Source: Bdellovibrionales bacterium
Lineage (GTDB): Bacteria; Bdellovibrionota; Bdellovibrionia; Bdellovibrionales; Bdellovibrionaceae
Assembly: GCA_031370005.1 (NCBI GenBank)
Contig: JANMPT010000025.1
Coordinates: forward strand, 64,001 to 128,000
Direction of reading: 5' to 3'
Length of the DNA: 64,000 nt
Part shown: positions 51,958 through 61,147 of the stretch, piece after piece
Numbering within the stretch: position 1 is the stretch's first letter
How the letters are laid out: the number at the start of each line of letters is the position of its first letter
The notes under the pieces: model-generated
Told to the model about the DNA's origin: nothing
Seen by the model: the letters and a program-made list of their open reading frames with translations, nothing else
Database searches by the model: none
Position numbers and translations under genes: made by a program

Positions 51958-52254
51958 TTAACTCGCCTTAATGAGTGGTTTTGGGAGCTGCTTTGAGCGT
52001 TGGCGTACTTTTGAAATATCAACAGAATGTTGAAGATTTAGCCAAAATTCAGCACTCATGGAAAATGCGGCTGCAAACTTAACCGCTAGCTCTGGTGTGA
52101 CGGCTGTGTGCCCCTTAACAACACGATTTATCGTTTTAGTATCAACATTGATATGAGTAGCGAAGGCTTTTTGCGTCAGGTTCAAGGGTCGCAAAAATTC
52201 CTCGCTGAGCATTTCTCCAGGGGTCACTGGGTTTTTAATTATACGCTTATTCAT
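51958..52254 (-). CDS. higA: HigA antitoxin (XRE HTH)
   Basis: PGEMLSEEFL, VTPELA and SAEFWLNLQ. Confidence 0.92.
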   Translation of the reverse strand: MNKRIIKNPVTPGEMLSEEFLRPLNLTQKAFATHINVDTKTINRVVKGHTAVTPELAVKFAAAFSMSAEFWLNLQHSVDISKVRQRSKQLPKPLIKAS

Positions 52255-52272
52255 AAACTTTTCCTCGTCTTG

Positions 52273-52566
52273 TTAGTGGTAATCAACAACAGCTACTGCA
52301 GATGGGCCTTGGGCACTTGAGGGCCACTTAAAAAGGACTCGCCATTGATCATTCACACGAATGCTATGGTAACCTAAAAGATCATCTTTCAAGGCCTCCA
52401 GCTGATTTCCAGGCGGCGCTTTTAAATCCGCAATTCTATGAGCGGCGTCAAGCGCTGCTAATTTTCGTCTTACGACCTTGTGAGTATTTGCCCATCCAAC
52501 GCCTCGCGGAATCTTCTCATTTAGAAAAAATTTTTCTAGTTCTTTATCCGCAAACGACTGGATCAT
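52273..52566 (-). CDS. higB: HigB toxin (RelE/ParE superfamily)
   Basis: MIQSFADK, PPGNQLEAL, SIRVNDQWR and C-terminal DYH. GGAG SD; toxin-first gene order. Confidence 0.92.
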   Translation of the reverse strand: MIQSFADKELEKFFLNEKIPRGVGWANTHKVVRRKLAALDAAHRIADLKAPPGNQLEALKDDLLGYHSIRVNDQWRVLFKWPSSAQGPSAVAVVDYH

Positions 52567-52585
52567 CTGAACTCCATACATATAT

Positions 52586-52615
52586 TACCACATAGTGGGA
52601 TACCACGCAATGGTA
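52586..52615. promoter_or_regulatory. Tandem palindromic operator, likely HigA sites
   Basis: Two abutting 15-mers, TACCAC-ATA-GTGGGA and TACCAC-GCA-ATGGTA, just upstream of higB. Confidence 0.6.
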
Positions 52616-52742
52616 ATAATATAAAACCTTACGGGCAATGTAATTCGCTAATTTTTTTAATGAATTTGAAGCATTCGGACCCACAACCCACCCGGCGGTA
52701 ACTGTTTCAGAATGAGTCGTTTGGAAGCACGAATTTAAAAGC

Positions 52743-52770
52743 TAAAGTCCTGATAAAAACACTCCGACAA
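52743..52770 (+). promoter_or_regulatory. Putative sigma28 promoter of the GNAT-PilZ gene
   Basis: TAAA-N16-TCCGACAA. Confidence 0.45.
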
Positions 52771-52828
52771 GAACTAAGTCTAGTCCTGATGTGATTTAGC
52801 ACTGTATAATAGTACCTAAGGGGTTTCC

Positions 52829-54157
52829 GTGGGAATGAAGCGTTATTTAAATTATGTTATAAGGTATTGTTTTAATTTATTGCCGCAATCTTTTCGCGTC
52901 CGTTTGATTCGTAATAAATTCTGGATCCCGGAGACAACCTGGGATCAGAGGTACACGATTAAAATCGCTGACACTCAAGAGGAATTGGAAGAGGCATACA
53001 GGCTCTTGCATGATTCTTATGTGAGTATGAAGTTAATGGATAAGCAGCCGCATGGCTTGCGCTGTAACATCTATACCTTTTTACCGTACACGACAACCTT
53101 GATAGCAAAGTATGGCCGTGAAATAGTTGGGACAGTCACATTGATTAAAGACTCACAGATCGGCTTACCATCGGATCATGATTATAAAAAGGAAAATGAC
53201 GTCTATCGATGTCAAAACTTTAAACTCGTCGAGGTTTCTGCTCTGGCGATTTCGGAAAAGTTTCGCAATAAAGGACACTCCGCGAGCCTGTTGTTGATGA
53301 AATACTTATATAACTATTCGGGTTACTACATGGACGCAAGTATGCTGATTTGCGCTGTTCATCCGCGTGCAGAAGACTTTTATAAGGCGCTTTTCGGTTT
53401 TGAAAAAAACGGCAAAGTAATTAAGTATGATTTTGCCAAGGGAGCATTGGCGATCCACTTAAGTCTTGGCTTCAAAGATAAAAAATTACACGAAGAAATG
53501 GTAGCTGAATTTTTTAGAAACAACCCAAAATATAGTCAGCCATCGGATCCATTTCCCGAGCGAAGTCTTAAGCTTTTTTGGATGGCAACGGACAAGCGAT
53601 TTGTATACCCATCCCGTCGCGAAGAACAAGTTGTTGACCCAATATGGAATCCGCAATTATTAGAATATTTTTTATTTGAAAAAACACAAGTTTACAAAGA
53701 CTTTGATGACGAATCAAAAATTACGTTTATACAAATCTATCGACATATTTTTGATGTAAGCGCCTTAAGCCGTATTTTTAAAATTGATGATTTATGTCGC
53801 TATCGCGAGTTTCGATTTCCCATATCATTGACCGCCGCGATGTCAGTTAACGGCAATGTAATGATTGGCAAACTTATCGATATAACAAGCGAAGGTTGTT
53901 TTTTTGAATTTAATGCGGACATTAGTGCCGAAGAAAAAATTGAGCTTTTATTCCGGTTGGATGGGAAGTTGCACAAAGCTGTCGCCAGTATTGTTTGGAG
54001 AAATGAAAACAAACAAAATTCCCGTTATCCATTTGGTTATGGTATGAAATTTAACAAGTCCATTGATGAAATTTCGACTTTACAAAAATCATGGTTAAGT
54101 GCGGACTCTGCTTCTGGTCATGACAGCGTGGCAAAGCCCTTAGTTCGAAAAGCCTGA
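52829..54157 (+). CDS. FeeM-like GNAT N-acyltransferase fused to a C-terminal PilZ domain
   Basis: GNAT part: ELEEAYRLLHDSY, GTVTLIKDS..GLP, EVSALAI, VHPR..FY. PilZ part: REFRFP, DITSEG, IVW, YGMKF. Confidence 0.75.
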   Translation: MGMKRYLNYVIRYCFNLLPQSFRVRLIRNKFWIPETTWDQRYTIKIADTQEELEEAYRLLHDSYVSMKLMDKQPHGLRCNIYTFLPYTTTLIAKYGREIVGTVTLIKDSQIGLPSDHDYKKENDVYRCQNFKLVEVSALAISEKFRNKGHSASLLLMKYLYNYSGYYMDASMLICAVHPRAEDFYKALFGFEKNGKVIKYDFAKGALAIHLSLGFKDKKLHEEMVAEFFRNNPKYSQPSDPFPERSLKLFWMATDKRFVYPSRREEQVVDPIWNPQLLEYFLFEKTQVYKDFDDESKITFIQIYRHIFDVSALSRIFKIDDLCRYREFRFPISLTAAMSVNGNVMIGKLIDITSEGCFFEFNADISAEEKIELLFRLDGKLHKAVASIVWRNENKQNSRYPFGYGMKFNKSIDEISTLQKSWLSADSASGHDSVAKPLVRKA

Positions 54158-54226
54158 TATTAAGTTATTTCGAAATCTACACAAAAAATCTACATTGCAA
54201 ACTTGTAGATCATGATAACTTAGTAC

Positions 54227-55675
54227 GTGGCAAAAAAAACGACTCTGACCCTCTTACAACTGAATGATTTGCATGGGTATATAGAGCCTCACTGGGAGAT
54301 GGTGCGTAAAACGGGAAGCTGGTCCTTCGAAAAATTGGGTGGCCTGGCCCGGATCGCAACTCTTTTCCGCAAAACGAGAGAGCATGCGCCAGACTCCGTA
54401 CTCACTCTTGATAACGGCGACACATTTCATGGAACACAAGTGGCCGTTTTTAGCCGAGGACAGGCCTTAGTTCCACTTCTGAATGCGCTCAAAATTGATG
54501 CAATGACTGTTCACTGGGAGTTCGCCTACGGTCCTGAGGGCGTTCGTCAATTAGCAAGTAAGCTCAACTATCCCATGCTCGCTATCAATTGCTATCGCAA
54601 TGATGATGGTTCATTGTTTTTAAAGCCCTATGAAATGATTGAACGCGCTGGAGTTAGAATTGCGATCATTGGACTTGCCTGTCCCATCGTGGATAAAACA
54701 ATGCCAGCTTCATTTTCTGTAGGGCTGCGGTTTTCAATCGGAAACGAAGAGCTTCCATTTTGGATCCGAACAGCTAAAGAAAAAGATGGGGCGCAGCTGA
54801 TTGTGGTGCTTTCGCACCTTGGGTTTCCTCAAGACGTACAGCTGGCCAAAGAGACTTCTGATATTGATATTTTAGTTAGTGGGCATACTCACAATCGAAT
54901 GGACCATGCCATTGTTGTAAATGGCACGGTGATTTTTCAGTCTGGTTGCCATGGTTCCTTTGTGGGAAGACTTGATATTGATCTCGCCGACGGAAAGATA
55001 GAGACCTTCCGCCACACTCTCATTCCTATAGATGATTCGCTGGAAGAGGATCCGGAAATACGTCAACTCGTAAGTCTTGCCTTGGCTCCGCATAAGGAAG
55101 AAATGAATGCCATAGTTGGAGAAACCACTGCTCCCTTGCACCGATACTCAATGTTGAGCTCTCCCATGGATGACGTGCTTTTGCAGGCTATCGCTGAAAC
55201 TGCAAAAACGGAAATTGCATTCTCCAATGCCTGGCGATATGGGGCTCCGATTCCCGCAGGACAGGTAACAGCGCAAGATCTGTGGAATATTATTCCTATG
55301 AATCCTATTATACAGACAGTAGAACTAACTGGATTTGAAATTTATCAGATGCTCGAGGAGAGTTTAGAGCGGACTTTTGCGGCAAACCCTTACGAACAAA
55401 TGGGCGGCTATGTGAAAAGGATGCGAGGTCTTGTCCTTTATTTTAAGGCAGAAAACCCCAGCGGTCATAGGATTGATCGTCTTTTTGTGAAAGACGGGCC
55501 CATTGTAGTGAAGCGCACTTACAAAGTAGCTTTTGTCACCTCACAAGGGGTGCCGAGTAAGTTCGGAAGTGCCCGTCAAAAACTTGATGTTGATGCAGTC
55601 ACATCTCTTCGACAATTTTTCAAAAAAAACTCCCCAGTGACTCCATCGATTATTCAGACCGTCTATGAGATTTGA
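54227..55675 (+). CDS. Metallophosphatase/5'-nucleotidase family protein (SoxB-like), no signal peptide
   Basis: NDLHG, DNGDTFHG, HWEF, LSHLG, GHTH and a 5'-nucleotidase C-terminal domain. Confidence 0.88.
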   Translation: MAKKTTLTLLQLNDLHGYIEPHWEMVRKTGSWSFEKLGGLARIATLFRKTREHAPDSVLTLDNGDTFHGTQVAVFSRGQALVPLLNALKIDAMTVHWEFAYGPEGVRQLASKLNYPMLAINCYRNDDGSLFLKPYEMIERAGVRIAIIGLACPIVDKTMPASFSVGLRFSIGNEELPFWIRTAKEKDGAQLIVVLSHLGFPQDVQLAKETSDIDILVSGHTHNRMDHAIVVNGTVIFQSGCHGSFVGRLDIDLADGKIETFRHTLIPIDDSLEEDPEIRQLVSLALAPHKEEMNAIVGETTAPLHRYSMLSSPMDDVLLQAIAETAKTEIAFSNAWRYGAPIPAGQVTAQDLWNIIPMNPIIQTVELTGFEIYQMLEESLERTFAANPYEQMGGYVKRMRGLVLYFKAENPSGHRIDRLFVKDGPIVVKRTYKVAFVTSQGVPSKFGSARQKLDVDAVTSLRQFFKKNSPVTPSIIQTVYEI

Positions 55676-55778
55676 GTACATAATGTCCACCAAGGCTGTC
55701 TTACTGACTCATATTGAGAAAATTGAAAGACTTTGTGGACATCTATTATTTAAAATAAGTCTTTTTGTCCTTCGCTAT

Positions 55779-55805
55779 TAACCTTTGGTCGAGTTTGGCC
55801 GATGA
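55779..55805 (+). promoter_or_regulatory. Putative sigma28 promoter of the PilZ gene
   Basis: TAAC-N15-GCCGATGA. Confidence 0.55.
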
Positions 55806-55844
55806 GTCTAGTATAAGTAGAACTGATTTTCAGAAAGGCGTACA

Positions 55845-56249
55845 ATGAGTGACTCTAAAACCAAGACCACACCAAACAGACGGCTTGCACCACGGAAGGA
55901 AGTCAGTCCAATCAATGTTTCCTATATAACGGCGCTTTCTGATTTCACAAAAATTGCGAAAAATTGTGAAATTATTGAGGCGTCCGCCACAGGACTTTTG
56001 TTGCTGATTAGGCGAGAGGATCTTCTACCAGCATCCCTCAGGAAAAACCTGAGTTTGGAGCTCTTGCTTGGTGAAAATATTTTTATGCATCTTGAAGACA
56101 TGAACCTTGAAATATCGGGCTCTATCGCCAGAACACAGCTGATAGGTAAAAAGGGATTTCACGTGGCCGTTGACTACAGTGAAGATGCCCCTGAATACTG
56201 GCGGGAGTGTTTGATGGATTTACTTCCTGCTCCGGGGGAGTTTGAATAG
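55845..56249 (+). CDS. Stand-alone PilZ-domain protein
   Basis: RLAPR (RxxxR) and EASATG, a variant of [D/N]xSxxG. Confidence 0.75.
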   Translation: MSDSKTKTTPNRRLAPRKEVSPINVSYITALSDFTKIAKNCEIIEASATGLLLLIRREDLLPASLRKNLSLELLLGENIFMHLEDMNLEISGSIARTQLIGKKGFHVAVDYSEDAPEYWRECLMDLLPAPGEFE

Positions 56250-56252
56250 CAA

Positions 56253-56888
56253 TTAAAGACTTATAAAAGCTGGGAGCCCTTTTTCGCTAACCAATACAAT
56301 GGAGTAGTGCGGGGGCAGGAACCAGCTGATTGCTTCGGCGATTCCCTGATGTTCCTTTACTGGCGGGTTGCCGAGGGACTCTAATGAAAATGCCAAATCA
56401 TAATTTACGCGATCACTGCTAATTACCAAAATCTTGGGTGAATAAACGCTTTGATCTAAGAAGAACTGCTTTAAAATATGACGTACGTACTGAGGCAAAT
56501 ATTGAAGAGTGGGTTCACCGGCGTGGAGTTTGGCACCACCGTCGAGCTCAAAGGAACCAATTGAAACCTCGGGCTTTGCTCTAAAGAACAGCCCAGTTTC
56601 TTTAAAATGCCAAACCATTCCGTAAGAGAAAACATAATCGGGATATTCTTTTTGAGGGTTTATAACAAGGCCCATGCCTTTAGTTGCAAGCCACTGAAGT
56701 ATCTTTTGAGCAGGCTCATCGGCCTCTGGAGTGGCCTCTGTTAACAAATAAGGCCAGCCATCGGGACCGATTTGTGGATCCTGCGAAAGCAGCTTTAGAT
56801 TGCTTTGGGAAAGCTGCATAAAAAAATCAGTTTCCCATTGTGAATCACGGTTTTCATCAGAAACGCTAGTGAGCGCAATAATACTCAT
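56253..56888 (-). CDS. Conserved hypothetical protein
   Basis: 211-aa ORF with GPDGWPY, PDYVF and WFLP; co-oriented with the L,D-transpeptidase gene. Confidence 0.7.
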   Translation of the reverse strand: MSIIALTSVSDENRDSQWETDFFMQLSQSNLKLLSQDPQIGPDGWPYLLTEATPEADEPAQKILQWLATKGMGLVINPQKEYPDYVFSYGMVWHFKETGLFFRAKPEVSIGSFELDGGAKLHAGEPTLQYLPQYVRHILKQFFLDQSVYSPKILVISSDRVNYDLAFSLESLGNPPVKEHQGIAEAISWFLPPHYSIVLVSEKGLPAFISL

Positions 56889-56894
56889 AAATAA

Positions 56895-57647
56895 TTAATA
56901 CTCTTCCACGATAACGAGGGTTTTATAGCCCTTTTCATAAATCATTTTACCGCCAGCATCAAGTATTGGCTGCCCGGTGCGGGTGTCCAAAACAGGGATT
57001 AGGCCTCGATCTGCAGCAACAACAGCGCCGTGGATTTCTTGGATTACATTTTTGTGTACGCGGACGCATCCGCTGGAGGCTCTGTTGCCCAAGGCGTTCT
57101 CACCTGCGGCCTCGCCGCCCTTAAGATCTGGTGGAACCTGGTGCACGGCCAAACCACGTTTTTCATTAAAAAACATCGCGTAGGGCATGTGGAATTTGTT
57201 TTCGCCAGAGCGGTAATCCACATTTTCCACACGCTTAATAACATAGAAGCCGCGAGTTGTATGACGCCAATGAGACTCCATTGCGCCACGATAAAATCGG
57301 CGAAGGAAGCCAGCTATTGGAGTTACATATTCAAGATCTTCACGGCCCGTTGAAACCTTGGTTTCCAAAATGAACTGGCGATTGGTGTAAAGGCGAAGCG
57401 TTTGAGCTTTGGCGGCTTTGTTGATAACAATCACATTTACGTATTGGCTCTGTGCAGTTTCATTTTTGAAATAAGCGTCTTCATTAAAAAGCACGCCTGG
57501 GGGCGCCTCATAAGAATCCTCAATCATAAGTCTTTGCTCAGCCTCGGAGCGGCTTTCTGCACGGGCAACGGGGATCATGGCAATTAATGTGAGAACGATT
57601 GTAATTAACGCCAATAGGAATTTCACGGGTAAAGCCTCCAAAGACAA
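56895..57647 (-). CDS. L,D-transpeptidase (YkuD family)
   Basis: Signal peptide, VSTG, MPYAMFF and AVH...ASSGCVRV. Start uncertain. Confidence 0.85.
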   Translation of the reverse strand: MSLEALPVKFLLALITIVLTLIAMIPVARAESRSEAEQRLMIEDSYEAPPGVLFNEDAYFKNETAQSQYVNVIVINKAAKAQTLRLYTNRQFILETKVSTGREDLEYVTPIAGFLRRFYRGAMESHWRHTTRGFYVIKRVENVDYRSGENKFHMPYAMFFNEKRGLAVHQVPPDLKGGEAAGENALGNRASSGCVRVHKNVIQEIHGAVVAADRGLIPVLDTRTGQPILDAGGKMIYEKGYKTLVIVEEY

Positions 57648-57886
57648 ACGCGATCGGAGACAGACTCTATCAGAGATATCAGCAAGCGTTGAGAAGTATT
57701 ATGAAAAATGTAAATCCTCCATTTTTCACTGAACTTTGTAGACTGCTTAGACAGAGAGTCAGGCTAAAAACGAAATAAACGGCTTTTAGCGCGATTAGCC
57801 TGTCTAACTAACTAACACAAACTTGACAACATTGTTTCTAAGCATGAGTTAGAAGTATTCAGCTTAAAACTTTTAGAGGAGATTTT

Positions 57887-58321
57887 ATGAAGTTTGCACG
57901 CGTACGCTTAGTCCTTGGTTTGACTTTTTTTACTGCAATAACTGCTACGGTTTCTGCCCATGCATCGCCTCATCGCGAGCAGACGGCCAACATCAAGATT
58001 CAATGCTTGAGCGCTGCCGGCGATCTTGTCCTTACACAGGAATTCGGTCAATATGGCCAGTGGCGCCGCAATAATACGGTACTTCATTCTGGTTATTACA
58101 AATTTGACTTTGAAAAAACACTTTCAGAGTTGCCAGTGGATCTTTCGAAAAGCACTGAGTATGGCGTTCCTTATTCTCAGCAGGATTTGATCTCAATTAC
58201 TGACCGCAGCTTTGAAGCGGATGTCACCCTTTTTGGGAAAGCTGATGATGAAGTCATTGGCAAGGATCATGTTCAATGCCAATCCCTGTTTGTTACTTAC
58301 TGGGAGACTGTGATCGACTAA
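57887..58321 (+). CDS. Secreted hypothetical protein
   Basis: GAGGAG SD, signal peptide ending AHA, and two Cys. Confidence 0.7.
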   Translation: MKFARVRLVLGLTFFTAITATVSAHASPHREQTANIKIQCLSAAGDLVLTQEFGQYGQWRRNNTVLHSGYYKFDFEKTLSELPVDLSKSTEYGVPYSQQDLISITDRSFEADVTLFGKADDEVIGKDHVQCQSLFVTYWETVID

Positions 58322-58325
58322 GACA

Positions 58326-61007
58326 TTAATTAGACAAGTCGTCCTTCAAAAAGTCAGTGGCTTCTTCTGATTTATTTGAGGCGCTTGTTGGTTCCGTGCC
58401 TTCGACAAAAGCTTGCCTCAGAACACTTTTGGTGGTCGCTGTGGCAAGCTTCCCGGTATCACTATCAATATTTGCAAAGACGATACCTTCGGGTACTGGG
58501 AAGGTCATCTGCGGAAGCCCCTCGTGAGCGGCCTTCATATACTCAACCCAAATTGGAAGGGCTGCGTGGCCTCCGACCTCACCCTTACCAAGACTGTGTT
58601 CCTTATCAAAGCCCACCCACACGCCGGTTACAATTTGAGGTGTATAGCCGACAAACCAAGCATCAAAATAGCCGTTTGTAGTGCCGGTTTTTCCGGCAAC
58701 TTCGCGTCCAATTGCACGAGCGCGTCCCCCTGTTCCGTATTTATCTTCTACGACTCCTTTTAATAAAGTGGTCATGATGTACGCGGTTTGAGGTTTGATT
58801 AGCTGTTCTTTGTCTTCAAAGAAAAAATTGTAATCCGCTTTTTTCTTTTTATCTTCAACGAGCTGTTCTGGCGTCATGTTTTTAACTCTTTCTGCCAGGG
58901 CCTCTCGGCGCTCGTCAAATTGCTTATCAAGCTCGAGGATTTCTTTGTTAAAGCGAAGATCTAGGCTGACATCATCAAGAATTTTTTGGCCATTTTGATT
59001 TAGAACTTTGTGAATAATGATAGGTCTCAGCCTTTTTCCTAGTCGGCCGAATTGCCCAAAAACTTTCGTCATTTCGTACAAGGTGACACTGCTAGATCCG
59101 AGGACTAAAGTGAAATCTGGATTCAGAGGGCTAAAAATCCCGAGGCGTTTTGCATAATCTGTGGCCCATGGAACACCGAGGTCTTCTATAACTTTGACGG
59201 AGGGGACATTCAGTGATTTCACCAAAGCATTACGGAATATCGTATCACCGCCGAAACTTTTAGAGTGATTCGCGGGTCTCCAAGTCTTTGTGTCTTCCTG
59301 GCCTTCGCTGTCTTCTTTGTTTGGATCGGATTCTTCAAACACGATCGGCGAATCCATAATTGGTGTTGCTGGAGTAAAGCCTTTATCCAAAGCCGAGGCA
59401 TAAACAATAGATTTAAATAAAGATCCAGTTTGTCGGGCAGCCTGCAGCGCACGATTGAACTCAGTGCGAGCAAAGCTGTAGCCGCCGACCATAGCAAGGA
59501 CATCGGCAGTTTGCTCATCAAAGGAAAGTAAAGAGCCCTCAACAATTGGTTCTTGATCAAGCTCCATGCCAAGGAATTTTCCAAAATCAGGAAGGCTGCT
59601 AGTTATAATATTTTTTTTATTTTTTACCGGGGCTGTTAAGCGTGAAGAGGTGAAGGCTTCACTAGTGATTTTGACATAGACAATATCGCCGGCTTTGATT
59701 GCCTCTGAAGGTTTTTTAAGCGTATCTAAGTCCCAGCGCTTTTCAGTATTTGGCTTACGCGCCCAAGTCATGTCCGCAAAGTCGATCAGACCACGGGCAT
59801 CTGCTACGCGAATGTAGACAAGGCCATCTTGATCATCAACTTTTTCTACAAGCCCCTCTACAGTTTGTCCTATCTTCATGTAAGAAGGTAAATTTTTAGA
59901 GACCTGTTTAGTGTTTTCACTGCTAGCTGGGTTAATGTCCGCAAATTTTCCGTCAAGCATGATTGTGCGCTCAGGAGTGGACTCTGCAATAAGTTTCTTA
60001 TGGCCATCGATCAGAAACTTTTCAATTTCTTCTTTAGTTGAAAGCCGTCTTAAGGCTCCGCGAAAACCCTGCCTTTTATCTAACTCTTTAAGGCCATTTA
60101 CCACAGAATCTTGAGCTGCGATTTGTTTTTCCAGATCAATACTGGTGTAAATGCGGAGGCCCTTGTCTAGGACTTGTTCTTCTCCTAACTGAGCCACTAG
60201 CTGTTGGCGAACTGTTTCGAGGAAGAAAGGAGCATATTGCTCATAGTTTTCACGAACGTAAACTTTCACAGGTTGCTTAACAGCTTCATCCGCTTCTGCT
60301 TTTGATATAAACCCCACGTCAGCCATGCGATGTAGAACATAAGTTTGTCTTTCTTTCGCACGCAGAGGGTTGGTCAGTGGGGAGTAACGAGTTGGCGCTT
60401 GGGGAAGTCCCGCCAAAATAGCCATCTCTGGCAGAATAAGTTTCTCAACAGTTTTGTGAAAGTAGGTTTGAGCGGCCGCTTCGACGCCATAAGCGCCTTG
60501 GCCGAAGTAGATTTGGTTCAGGTACAAATAGAGGATATCCTCTTTTTTTAAATTTTCTTCCATTTGCTGTGCAAGAATAGCCTCACGGATTTTTCTGAGA
60601 AGTGTTTTTTCAGTATCGCGCAAAAGCAAGGTCTTTGCGACTTGTTGTGTGATAGTAGAGCCACCTTGAACAGAGCGTCCGGCGCGCAGATTAGCAAAGG
60701 TCGCACGTAAAATGGCAAGATAGTTGATCCCACCGTGCTGGAAGAACTGATCATCCTCGGCTGCCAGGAACGAGTTCACTAGATTTTTTGGAATTTTCTC
60801 GTAAGGAACCAAAGTCCGACGTTGACGAAAGAACTCGCCAATTTTTTTATTATTACGATCAAAAACTTCAGAAACCAAAAGTGGCTGATAATCTTTCACT
60901 GTGATTAATTGAGGCAAATCTGCCCTGATGGAGCGAAAAACAAGATAAGCACTAGTAGCGCCCACAATAGCCAGGGCAAGGCCTGCAAGAATAAGTTTTT
61001 TTAGCAC
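58326..61007 (-). CDS. mrcA: Class A penicillin-binding protein 1A
   Basis: GT51 motifs (EDDQF, GGSTITQQVAK), an OB insert, and transpeptidase motifs SLFK, SLN and KTG. Confidence 0.93.
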   Translation of the reverse strand: MLKKLILAGLALAIVGATSAYLVFRSIRADLPQLITVKDYQPLLVSEVFDRNNKKIGEFFRQRRTLVPYEKIPKNLVNSFLAAEDDQFFQHGGINYLAILRATFANLRAGRSVQGGSTITQQVAKTLLLRDTEKTLLRKIREAILAQQMEENLKKEDILYLYLNQIYFGQGAYGVEAAAQTYFHKTVEKLILPEMAILAGLPQAPTRYSPLTNPLRAKERQTYVLHRMADVGFISKAEADEAVKQPVKVYVRENYEQYAPFFLETVRQQLVAQLGEEQVLDKGLRIYTSIDLEKQIAAQDSVVNGLKELDKRQGFRGALRRLSTKEEIEKFLIDGHKKLIAESTPERTIMLDGKFADINPASSENTKQVSKNLPSYMKIGQTVEGLVEKVDDQDGLVYIRVADARGLIDFADMTWARKPNTEKRWDLDTLKKPSEAIKAGDIVYVKITSEAFTSSRLTAPVKNKKNIITSSLPDFGKFLGMELDQEPIVEGSLLSFDEQTADVLAMVGGYSFARTEFNRALQAARQTGSLFKSIVYASALDKGFTPATPIMDSPIVFEESDPNKEDSEGQEDTKTWRPANHSKSFGGDTIFRNALVKSLNVPSVKVIEDLGVPWATDYAKRLGIFSPLNPDFTLVLGSSSVTLYEMTKVFGQFGRLGKRLRPIIIHKVLNQNGQKILDDVSLDLRFNKEILELDKQFDERREALAERVKNMTPEQLVEDKKKKADYNFFFEDKEQLIKPQTAYIMTTLLKGVVEDKYGTGGRARAIGREVAGKTGTTNGYFDAWFVGYTPQIVTGVWVGFDKEHSLGKGEVGGHAALPIWVEYMKAAHEGLPQMTFPVPEGIVFANIDSDTGKLATATTKSVLRQAFVEGTEPTSASNKSEEATDFLKDDLSN

Positions 61008-61147
61008 GGAGGTGGCTCCTTAAGCATATTAAATTCAGCCACCATTTTAACAGCGTGATGAGGGAGGGTCTAGCAATGAAAAAAAAGCCATCGAGAGGTC
61101 GAGCTAGTCCGATGACGAGGTAAAATTACTAGGGAACAAATAAATAT

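Noticed and set aside
54173..54210. TCTAC...GTAGAT resembling a Cas12a CRISPR repeat stem
   Set aside because: Single hairpin with the wrong loop length, no spacer periodicity and no cas genes; treated as a possible operator.
50050..56250. Genomic island or prophage around higBA
   Set aside because: The content looks accessory, but no integrase, transposase, tRNA, att repeats or phage genes are visible.
61089..61115. TCCGATGA sigma28-like -10 box on the plus strand
   Set aside because: No convincing -35 box and no plus-strand gene downstream; could be chance.
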